NCBI GenBank assembly: GCA_963706445.1
Contig: OY970160.1
Location: 992,001 to 1,056,000, forward strand
DNA length: 64,000 nucleotides
From: an uncultured Nitrososphaerales archaeon
GTDB taxonomy: Archaea; Thermoproteota; Nitrososphaeria; Nitrososphaerales; Gagatemarchaeaceae
Direction of reading: 5' to 3'
The notes below the pieces were generated by a model. It was not told the DNA's origin and ran no database searches. It saw nothing but the letters and a program-made list of their open reading frames with translations. The position numbers and the translations under genes were made by a program. Within the stretch, counting starts at the first letter, position 1. Every line of letters starts with the position of its first letter. Shown piece by piece: positions 9,629-17,378 of this stretch.

Positions 9629-10732
9629 ATGAAGTTCAGTAGGACCCTGGTCATCCTTGTCGTAGTCATAATAATCGCCGCGGCCGGCTTGATCGCCTAC
9701 TCTCTGCTGCAGCAGCCTGCAAGTCCCTGCACGGTAACCTGGAAGTGCGGTGCGTCCTACCCCGTCCAAGTTGGGGGGACCTTCGGAATAGCGGGGGAGC
9801 AGTGTGTGGTCAACTCTTCCAACGTCTACTGCATCGGGGGCGTGGACCCCAACGGCGGGCCGCGGAGCGACGTCTACGCCGGGTCAATCTCGGCCTCGGG
9901 CAACATAACCGGCTGGACCCAGGAAGCAGCCAGCTACCCACAGGATGTCAGCGGTGCGTCCTGCGTGGGGTCGGGCGCGTATGTCTACTGTGTCGGAGGC
10001 ATACATGACGACGCTGGTGACGACATCGCCTCAAGCTACTATGCCCAGGTAACGGCGAGCGGGTTGGCGGCGTGGCAATCTACGACCCCGTACCCCATAC
10101 CGGTGGACTCGGAGTCCTGCGTCGCTTCGGAGTCGCACATCTTCTGCATTGCTGGCAACAACCAGACGGGCGGAACCAACGCGAACTCGGTCCAGAGCAA
10201 CTCTGTCTGGTTCGCAGGCCTTTATCCTGCTGGAATCGGGAACTGGAGTAAAACTACCCCCTACCCGTCGAGCATATTCGACCCTACTTGCGTCGCAGCT
10301 GGCGCAGACGCATACTGCCTTGGAGGCTCGGACTCCAACGGGAACCCCTTGGGGACGACGTACTACGCGGCGTTGACGGTAGCGGGCGTCGGAGAGTGGA
10401 TTCAGACCACGGCGTACCCCCTCTCCATAGTGGGCGCAGCGTGCTCTGCCTCGAGCGGGTACATCTACTGCGTCGGCGGCGAGACGTCGGGAGGACAGCC
10501 TCCGTCTTTTGCGAGTGGGGTCTACTACGCTCAGGCTTCGGCCGGGGGCTTAGGGAGCTGGAAGGAAGGGCCAGCCTTTCCTAACACGGTCGGGACGAGC
10601 TGCGTAGCGACATCGGGCTACGTCTACTGCGTCGGTGGGTTCGATGAAAGCTCAGTGGGCGTAAACGACGTAGTGAACTACGCGAGCCTCGCGTCGTTGG
10701 GCCAATCGCAGGACCCGACCCAACTTCATTAA
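9629..10732 (+). CDS. Membrane-anchored extracellular Kelch-like beta-propeller with six Cys-pair repeats
   Basis: N-terminal TM/signal, then six W...[YF]P...C-x8-C-[IVL]-[GA]-G repeats. Confidence 0.75.
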   Translation: MKFSRTLVILVVVIIIAAAGLIAYSLLQQPASPCTVTWKCGASYPVQVGGTFGIAGEQCVVNSSNVYCIGGVDPNGGPRSDVYAGSISASGNITGWTQEAASYPQDVSGASCVGSGAYVYCVGGIHDDAGDDIASSYYAQVTASGLAAWQSTTPYPIPVDSESCVASESHIFCIAGNNQTGGTNANSVQSNSVWFAGLYPAGIGNWSKTTPYPSSIFDPTCVAAGADAYCLGGSDSNGNPLGTTYYAALTVAGVGEWIQTTAYPLSIVGAACSASSGYIYCVGGETSGGQPPSFASGVYYAQASAGGLGSWKEGPAFPNTVGTSCVATSGYVYCVGGFDESSVGVNDVVNYASLASLGQSQDPTQLH

Positions 10733-10756
10733 TCATCTTGGGCAAGGGAAGGGTTA

Positions 10757-12052
10757 ATGTCTGATTCAGGGGGCATCTTCAGCCTCTCTCGGAAGCTCCT
10801 CCTGAATCGGAACATCAGGGTAATCGCAATCACCGGTCTGATTTCTGGGATATACATCGGCATGCTCAACGGCATCCTCCAACTCTTCCCCGGGAGCCTC
10901 GGCTTCGGGTTCGTCGCCCTTGGGATTCTACAGGCGGCAGGGAGCAGGTTCTCTGGGATAGCGGCGTCGGTGGCGCAGCCCATCGCAGGGCGCTACTCCG
11001 ACATTTTCGGGAGAAAGGTCGTCATAATCATTGGCAGCATAGCGACAATACTATCCATGATCTGCTTCGTCGGCGCCGCCTTCAACGCCAATTGGATACT
11101 ACTCTTCGTGGCTTTCCTCTCTTTCGGAGTGTCGGCCCTAGGGAGCCCCGCATCCCAGGCGATGGTCGCGGAGTCGGTGGAGATGGACTTAAAGAAGATG
11201 AATGTCGCATACAGCGTCGTCTTCTTCTTCGGTTCCATCCCGGGAGCGATTACCCCTTACATAGCGGGAGCGACAGTCGATGCATACGGATACGCTGTCA
11301 TCTTCGCGGCAGCCGCGCTGCTGGAGTTGGGAGACCTGTTCCTTTACGTCAGGGAACTGACCGAGACCATTCACGTAGTCCACCCCAGGGACGCAGTCGC
11401 CGGGGCGGGGTTCTCGCTGAGGGAGTCGTTCAGGATCCCGAAGGGCTCCGTGCGCTACTTCAGCGCCCTTGCCATGGACGCCTTCGCTTTCGGGATAACG
11501 TCGTCCATAATCTATGCTATGATCACCGACAAGTTCGGGTACGACCCTGCCCAGATTGGGATTATCGTGGCGGTATTTTCTCTGGCCATCACTGTCTCCC
11601 AGTATCCTGCGACGCGCCTCCTGATGGTCCTCGGGGGGAGGAAGACCATTGCATTCTCCGAGGCGCTTGGGACGGTCCTTATGATAGGCTGGGGGTTGGC
11701 GAACTCGTTCCTGGACTTCGTACTCCTCTCCGTGGTCTTCGGGGTCTCGGTCACCACATGGGTCCCTGGTGTCTCTTCCATCTTGATGGCCAATTCGCCT
11801 GCCAAGGAAAGAGGAGGGATAGGGGGCAAGGTGGCGGCCGTCCGCGGGTTGGTAGCATTTCCGGCCCCCATACTCGGCGGATTCCTGTATCAGACCCTCG
11901 GCTATGAGGCTCCCATTGTCGCGAGCGTGGTGGGCACGGTCATTGCAGTGGTGATGATACTGAGGTTCGTCCCCGACGCGGAAATCAAAGCGGCGGTGCC
12001 CCTGAATCTGGAAGGGGCAGGTATGGAGCCCTCGTCTTCAGGGTTGCCTTGA
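10757..12052 (+). CDS. MFS transporter
   Basis: About 12 TM helices; motif A GRYSDIFGRK. Confidence 0.9.
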   Translation: MSDSGGIFSLSRKLLLNRNIRVIAITGLISGIYIGMLNGILQLFPGSLGFGFVALGILQAAGSRFSGIAASVAQPIAGRYSDIFGRKVVIIIGSIATILSMICFVGAAFNANWILLFVAFLSFGVSALGSPASQAMVAESVEMDLKKMNVAYSVVFFFGSIPGAITPYIAGATVDAYGYAVIFAAAALLELGDLFLYVRELTETIHVVHPRDAVAGAGFSLRESFRIPKGSVRYFSALAMDAFAFGITSSIIYAMITDKFGYDPAQIGIIVAVFSLAITVSQYPATRLLMVLGGRKTIAFSEALGTVLMIGWGLANSFLDFVLLSVVFGVSVTTWVPGVSSILMANSPAKERGGIGGKVAAVRGLVAFPAPILGGFLYQTLGYEAPIVASVVGTVIAVVMILRFVPDAEIKAAVPLNLEGAGMEPSSSGLP

Positions 12053-12160
12053 TTATGCACCTCTGCCTGATTAAATTACCACGAGCCCATTGGCAGACAG
12101 GGGAGACAACGACAGACCGGCGCGCGTAGATTCATAAACTCAGGCTGCGAAGGGGCTACT

Positions 12161-12658
12161 CTGACTCTTTTCGGCATCCTGCTGTGGCTTCACATATTCA
12201 GCGCTGCGACATGGTTCGGGGCAGTCATGCTCTTCGCCATGGTCGTAGGGCCGACAATCGGCGACTTCACACCGGCGACCAGCGGGGAGGTCGTGGTGAA
12301 GCTACTGCCGAAGTACCTCAGATTCATCCTGATCTGCACTTTCCTGACGCCCATTCTCGGATTAATCACCGCTCTTTATTCCTCGAATTGGAGTTTTAGT
12401 TTCTTCTCCCCTAGCACTAACTATGGTATTTACATCTCTGCTGGAGCATTCCTTTCGCTGATAGCCTTGGTGGTCACCTTCGCCGTGGTCTATCCGACAG
12501 GGAAGAAGATAATCAACATCACAAAGGCGATGATGAAGAACCAGTCCCCTCAACCGCCTATGCTCCCGAAGCTCGCCATGAGGCTCAAGATATCCACAGG
12601 CCTAGGGCTGGCTCTGCTTGTAGGTATCATCGTCTGCATGGTGGCGGCTTCCCTCTAG
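12161..12658 (+). CDS. 4-TM membrane protein (CopD/DUF2269-like), probable CTG start
   Basis: In-frame extension from CTG 12161 gives TLFGILLWLHIFSAATWFG; TATA-like TTCATAAA about 25 nt upstream. Confidence 0.55.
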   Translation: MTLFGILLWLHIFSAATWFGAVMLFAMVVGPTIGDFTPATSGEVVVKLLPKYLRFILICTFLTPILGLITALYSSNWSFSFFSPSTNYGIYISAGAFLSLIALVVTFAVVYPTGKKIINITKAMMKNQSPQPPMLPKLAMRLKISTGLGLALLVGIIVCMVAASL

Positions 12659-12732
12659 AAGCGCCTATGACGACTGATGGCTTGCGTCAAGGGGATTGCC
12701 TCAAAACCCTTAGCACAAGAGCGGATAAGAAG

Positions 12733-12842
12733 GGGAGGGGCATTCGACCCTTGCAAAAGGCGGGCCTAGAGGGAGCCAACCGGTCTAGTGTGCAAATCCG
12801 TCTAAGTGGTGTTCCGAGTTCGTGATCCGTCCCCTCCCGCCA
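12733..12842 (+). ncRNA. Candidate tRNA-like structured RNA (unclassified)
   Basis: Intergenic. GGGAGGGG (12733-40) pairs with CCCCTCCC (12831-38), followed by G-CCA; internal hairpins CCTT-GCAA-AAGG, CGGG/TCCG and CTAGA/TCTAG. Confidence 0.35.
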
Positions 12843-12877
12843 TGGGTGGGGCGCTCGGCTTCGACCCGGCCTTCTGG

Positions 12878-14131
12878 TTAAGTATCCGTTGTCGCGAAGG
12901 GTTCCAGGGCCTTGGCAATTAAGCCCAGGGTCCTTTGGACTGCGAGGAGTATCTTGGGGCTGTTAGTCTTCCGAGAAAGCTCTGACGCATTCCCCACTAG
13001 CTCTAGCAGGCGCTCGTGAAGGACTACCCACGCGGCCTTTCCCCTGGGGAGCAGGTAGTTCATTTGGTACATTTCGAAAGTGGGCCCCGTCGTCAGCCCG
13101 GGCCTGTGAGGCCCGACGGGCATGGCTGTAATCGTTTTTCCGAGAGGCCTGATCACGGTAACCATCATCTTGATGGAGGCTTCGCTTAGCACACTAAGTC
13201 CCTCGTTCGAGGTGTCTGCCTGGAGGAAGAACCTGTTGAGTAGCTGTAACAATACCTCGTATGACGCGTTGAACAGATCTGCAATACCAGCAGTAAGTTC
13301 GTCGTCGATTAGCTCGGGAGACTCCACGTCGCTGGGAGGGCGGACGAATGCCGCCAGAGTCGGCCGGGAGGGGTCGAAGTCGGGATACTTGCCCTTGATC
13401 TCCTTGTATTCGTTGAGAATCCCTAGGAACTTGCCGAAGTGGGCTGCCTTCCAGTCCCCCCTCGCTCCTTCCCCCTCGGTGATTATGGTCTCGATTGCCT
13501 TCAACGCCGACGCCAGGTCAGTCACGGCTGTCAGCTCCTTCCACCCGAAGTATTTCTCGGTCGCCTGGTCGTGGGCATTCCCTATGAAGAGCTGCTTCTC
13601 GCCATAGTTTTCGGACAGGTATCTGAATCCTTGTTCTATCCCACGGTAGAGCTGGCCCACAGTCGCGAACTCTTGTCCCTCGGGGACAATCTTACCTCCC
13701 ACGGGCTCCCCCATGACGTTCTGAAAGCCAGGAACATCCTCTATCGCCAGGGCCTCTGGGCGCTCAAGGAATAGGAAGTACCGCAAGGAAGTCTCGTTCA
13801 AAGGAAGGAGGGCCAGGCGCACGTTCGATGGGAAGTATCTCGACCTGAAAGGGAAGTTCGGCCGCCCGAAATACGGCGAGCCGCCTACAGAGGTGAGAAG
13901 GTTGTTCGCAAGCGAGAGATGCAGCATCTCCTGTTCGGCGACCGCGGAAACGACTCTGTCCCACCTCCTAATCGCTTCCAACTGCTCTGCGATAATCCCC
14001 TCCGAGACGTTCTGCTTCAGGCTGAAGGAAGCGAACAGATATTCGCACATGATCATGTGCTCGAGGGTGGCGGCCTCGCACAGCATGAACATGAGCTGCT
14101 CTCTGCTCTTGATTACTACGTTATTCTCCAA
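12878..14131 (-). CDS. Ferritin-like domain protein (VioB/RebD-type ferritin-like family)
   Basis: LEH...CEYLFA.FSLK, VAEQEMLHL.LANNLL.SVGG.P, II.EGEG and AHF.KF motifs. Confidence 0.8.
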   Translation of the reverse strand: MENNVVIKSREQLMFMLCEAATLEHMIMCEYLFASFSLKQNVSEGIIAEQLEAIRRWDRVVSAVAEQEMLHLSLANNLLTSVGGSPYFGRPNFPFRSRYFPSNVRLALLPLNETSLRYFLFLERPEALAIEDVPGFQNVMGEPVGGKIVPEGQEFATVGQLYRGIEQGFRYLSENYGEKQLFIGNAHDQATEKYFGWKELTAVTDLASALKAIETIITEGEGARGDWKAAHFGKFLGILNEYKEIKGKYPDFDPSRPTLAAFVRPPSDVESPELIDDELTAGIADLFNASYEVLLQLLNRFFLQADTSNEGLSVLSEASIKMMVTVIRPLGKTITAMPVGPHRPGLTTGPTFEMYQMNYLLPRGKAAWVVLHERLLELVGNASELSRKTNSPKILLAVQRTLGLIAKALEPFATTDT

Positions 14132-14183
14132 GAGCCCTCACCTACGGGATAGGTGCTGGGACATGGCGACTGTCACGTCTAAT

Positions 14184-14666
14184 TCACCGCACGACAAGTA
14201 CATCGCACTTCGCATTTACAATGATGCCCTCTGAGACGCTACCAAGCATCAGTTTAGTGACGTCCCTCGCCGACCTTGTCCCTACCACCAGAAGATCGAT
14301 CCGGTCAGTCGCAGCCGCTTCGCAGATGGTGGTGACCACGGAGCCCGTGGTCTCCAAGGACTTCGTCTCGATTTCGACGCCGGCTTCAATTGCAAAACTG
14401 CGAGCTGATTCGAAGACGCCGTCTGCCCTCGCTGCTAAATCATGGCTCATCTTCTTCTGGACTTCGACTGCTACATATTCTGGGAGCTGAATCACATGGA
14501 TAACGACCACCGAGCCGCCAAAGAGTTTGGCGTATTCTATGGCTCGTCGTGTCGTCCTTACGGACCGCTCAGAACCGTCGACAGCCACCATTATTCGACG
14601 GGCCTGTGCTGAGATGATCTCATGCCTCCTAGTCCCCCGACTTCGAATCGGGATATTTATTCGCAT
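14184..14666 (-). CDS. Universal stress protein (UspA family)
   Basis: IMVAVDGSE.S, DLLVVGTR, LMLGSVSE.I...AKCDVLVVR. True start may be downstream of 14666. Confidence 0.92.
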   Translation of the reverse strand: MRINIPIRSRGTRRHEIISAQARRIMVAVDGSERSVRTTRRAIEYAKLFGGSVVVIHVIQLPEYVAVEVQKKMSHDLAARADGVFESARSFAIEAGVEIETKSLETTGSVVTTICEAAATDRIDLLVVGTRSARDVTKLMLGSVSEGIIVNAKCDVLVVR

Positions 14667-14750
14667 GTCGACGACTATTGAAGGAAGCCCTTCGCGCTTC
14701 GTTCCTGGCCTCGAACCCTTTATATCGAGAACAACTGCCGTTGACCGCTA

Positions 14751-15035
14751 ATGGAAAGGATGCCGGAAGATTCGAACTTTATTCCCGGCACCCACCATGA
14801 GAAGGTGAGTAAGCTCCTCGCCAGATACGTTGAGTTTTCAGAGTTCAAGGACGCAGACACGAAGAAGGGATACTTCTGCGCCAGCTGCGTTTACTTCTTC
14901 AGAGGCAAGGACGAGTGCGCGGTAGTCCAAAGTAAGGGAGAGAGTGCTGACGGGGAGAGTTCTGACAGAATCGCTCCCTACGGGATGTGCGCGCTTTGGA
15001 AGAACCTCTCGATGATGAGGAAACATAGTGGGTAG
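14751..15035 (+). CDS. HiPIP-like 4-Cys iron-sulfur protein, copy 1 (no signal peptide)
   Basis: Y...GYFCASCVYF...C......IAPYGMCALW; TATA-like TTTATAT about 30 nt upstream. Confidence 0.65.
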   Translation: MERMPEDSNFIPGTHHEKVSKLLARYVEFSEFKDADTKKGYFCASCVYFFRGKDECAVVQSKGESADGESSDRIAPYGMCALWKNLSMMRKHSG

Positions 15036-15037
15036 CA

Positions 15038-15313
15038 TTGGCATCTAGAATCAAGCATCTAATCGACATCGCGAAGGAAGCGAGGATTCCCAAGAAGCGG
15101 GCAGGGTACCTTGAGCTGGACACCTTCGAGAATTCTGACCTCAGGAAGGGTTACTTCTGCGCAGCCTGCGTGTATTTCGTCAACGTTCAGGGGGGCAAGT
15201 GCACCATTGTCAAGAGCCAGGGGGAGGACTGCAACGGGAAGTTCTCCAAGGTCATCGCCCCTTACGGATACTGTGCTCTCTGGGCTCCGAACAAATCAAT
15301 TGTAGGACACTGA
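15038..15313 (+). CDS. HiPIP-like 4-Cys iron-sulfur protein, copy 2
   Basis: GYFCAACVYF...C......IAPYGYCALW; clear paralogue of the upstream gene, 2-nt gap. Confidence 0.65.
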   Translation: MASRIKHLIDIAKEARIPKKRAGYLELDTFENSDLRKGYFCAACVYFVNVQGGKCTIVKSQGEDCNGKFSKVIAPYGYCALWAPNKSIVGH

Positions 15314-15617
15314 ACCGCCATCCACCGGAAGCGAGCCAAGTCTGTTCGGTGGTTAGACTGAACTCGGTCAAGCCCGATGAGACGGCTTGTGGCCCAGGAG
15401 AGGATTCGATACTAGGATGAGGTTGGAAGCACCAACATGTTGCGCGAGTAAGCGCTAGCCCGACGGGACTAGATGCCACACAGGTTCAATTCTAGCTAGG
15501 ATTTTGCCTCGGCCGGGCGTGGGACCACTTAGTTAGTTGCCCTGCCGTCGATGTCACTGATGTTAACTTGGCGCCCCACCGCGCGTAGAAAGGTAGCCAT
15601 TCCAAGTCGAATCTTGG

Positions 15618-16481
15618 CTACACTTTCAAACGGGAGAATGTTAGAGCGTCCTTTTCCGTGAAGCGTTCAACAGATGGGTAGATCTTTGCCTTCAAGAGGA
15701 CCTTGCCATCCGACTGGATCCTTGCCTCAAGAATATCCCCAAACTTCCAGCCCTGAGTAGCCCAGACGGAATGGCCGATTAAGCACAGCGGACACGATAA
15801 GAGTGCGCTGCCTTCCTTCCGGATGCGCCTGAAGACTGTTGTGTAGTAACGTGCCGACTCATATCTGCTCACAAAAGTATCTGGTGGGGCTCCTTCCAGT
15901 TCGAACCGAAAGCTCTTCGCGTACCCTGCCTTGACAAAGTAATCCACCGCGTTCTGAACGAGTTTGTTCGGGTCGTCAGATCGGTTAATCGCTCCCAGCT
16001 CGAGCAGATAGTCGAGCATTCCCGTCCCAATCCGGTCCAAGATGAGCTGACCCTGCACCCCAAGCTGGTCATCCAGAGCTTTGGTCATGCCATATAGAAC
16101 CATCTCGTACAGGACCCAGTCCACTTTCTCTTTTCCCCGAGAAACGCTACTCTTGGGAAAGTTTCCTCCGCCGGTGCGTCGGCCCTTCGGCGACAGAATT
16201 TCGACGAGATTCGGAGAGGAGAGGGCCCCGGACACCGCTTTGGACCGGAGCGGTACCCATGGACCGTATCCGTTCTTGATGAGGATTCTTCTCAATGACC
16301 GGGCAAACTCTCCCGGTCTGTCAGGGGAGGGGACGGTTCCGGTCTCGACCAGATATTGGAGCATCAACGACCCCATCCTGTCAAGAATAACACGTCTTTG
16401 CTCTCCCATGTAATCCAAGCTCTTGAGTAGGGCATAGAGGAGGGCGTCCATCGCGGTCCGATCGATTCTTTTGTATGTCAA
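15618..16481 (-). CDS. Hypothetical protein with internally duplicated V4R/HNOB-like domain
   Basis: Two repeats of LY...K.LD..G.Q...ILDR.G..ML.YL.E.G...GY; CPLC near the C-terminus. Confidence 0.5.
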   Translation of the reverse strand: MTYKRIDRTAMDALLYALLKSLDYMGEQRRVILDRMGSLMLQYLVETGTVPSPDRPGEFARSLRRILIKNGYGPWVPLRSKAVSGALSSPNLVEILSPKGRRTGGGNFPKSSVSRGKEKVDWVLYEMVLYGMTKALDDQLGVQGQLILDRIGTGMLDYLLELGAINRSDDPNKLVQNAVDYFVKAGYAKSFRFELEGAPPDTFVSRYESARYYTTVFRRIRKEGSALLSCPLCLIGHSVWATQGWKFGDILEARIQSDGKVLLKAKIYPSVERFTEKDALTFSRLKV

Positions 16482-16483
16482 GC

Positions 16484-17053
16484 CTAGCGCTCCTCTACTC
16501 GCTTCAACTCATCTGCCTTCACATAGGCATCGCAGAACTGAGAAAGCTGGGCGACGACGTCTTTTCCCTCTTCCATTTCTACCAAGACCAAAGCTGCAGG
16601 CAGGCTCAGACTCCTGAGCTTCTCAACAACAGAATGGCAGAATCTAGCGACAGACTTCGAGTCATTGTAAATCAGGAGAGTCGAAACCGAATCAACAAAG
16701 ACGAATTTGACCCCCCTTTCTTCAGATATCATCTTCGCCAAGGCTATGCAGAGGTCGGTAAGCTCGCGCATTCTCCCCAGATAGTGACATGACTCAGTTC
16801 TTCGTTCGGGTGTATTGGTGATGGAATCGAGGTACAGGAGGCTTCCAGGGGCCAGTCCATCCTTCTCGAACGCTCCCTGAAGGACGGTACAGGGCTTATT
16901 CAGGGTAATGTACAGACCCATCCCAAATCTTTCGGAGAAGTACTTTATTGCACCCATAACTCCCTCTTGGTACACCATGGGATTCACACTTAGCAGCACG
17001 ACAGGATTCTCTATGCTTGACGCCTGCTTGTCGATCAGTTCCCTTACGTTCAA
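16484..17053 (-). CDS. KaiC/RecA-like domain lacking Walker A
   Basis: GLYITLNKP, YLDSIT and FVFVDSVSTLLIYN motifs; no GxxxxGK[ST]. Confidence 0.7.
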   Translation of the reverse strand: MNVRELIDKQASSIENPVVLLSVNPMVYQEGVMGAIKYFSERFGMGLYITLNKPCTVLQGAFEKDGLAPGSLLYLDSITNTPERRTESCHYLGRMRELTDLCIALAKMISEERGVKFVFVDSVSTLLIYNDSKSVARFCHSVVEKLRSLSLPAALVLVEMEEGKDVVAQLSQFCDAYVKADELKRVEER

Positions 17054-17287
17054 AGGCCCGTGGCTCTGTTCAGTTCCTTGTGTATTTCAGCCCTCCTAAT
17101 CTCGATCGCATGTCCCACAGCCAGCGGATGCTCTCACCGCTCCCAGCAGTCCCCAAAGAGATCAACCGTCCTATGCTAAAGACCCGTCCCTGCCAGAATC
17201 CTGACCGTGCTCGGCTAGAATGACCTGCGAATAGGCTTGAGATGGCCTCAGTTTACCAAACAAAGTTTATTCTGGGATTGTTTACCG

Positions 17288-17378
17288 CGGGCCCGGAGGG
17301 ATTTGAACCCTCGACCCTCAGCTAACTGCTCGTCGCAACCGCAGGCTGATGCCCTGATCCGTGCTAGGCTACGGGCCC
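17288..17378 (-). tRNA. tRNA-Arg(GCG) with a 15-nt intron at 37/38 (intron 17324-17338)
   Basis: Full cloverleaf: GGGCCCG/CGGGCCC acceptor + G73, TCAGC-CT-GCG-G|intron|A-GCTGA, T arm GAGGG-TTCAAAT-CCCTC. CTGC/GCAG central helix with a 3-nt 3' bulge (BHB/BHL). CCA not encoded. Confidence 0.95.

Noticed and set aside
12734-12751. Degenerate att repeat of the tRNA-Arg 3' end (GGAGGGGCATTCGACCCT vs GGAGGGATTTGAACCCT)
   Set aside because: The match needs indels and mismatches and there is no integrase, so it is too weak to call a mobile element boundary.
12733-12842. tRNA-Pyl (CTA at 12766-68) or a true tRNA-Sec/tRNA-Cys call for the tRNA-like element
   Set aside because: The CTA reading lacks U33, no valid BHB fits either proposed intron, there is no canonical D or T arm, and the window has no pyl/sel genes or read-through ORFs.
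12780-12850. 5S rRNA (- strand CGAACTCGGAA) or c-di-GMP riboswitch (GCAAA...GTCTAAG) resemblance
   Set aside because: Only short word matches; spacing and required helices do not fit either model.
14751-15313. Amber read-through fusing the two HiPIP-like genes
   Set aside because: The second ORF is in a different frame from the first.
17054-17287. Small ORFs between the KaiC-like gene and tRNA-Arg
   Set aside because: They are short and motif-free with no convincing start context.
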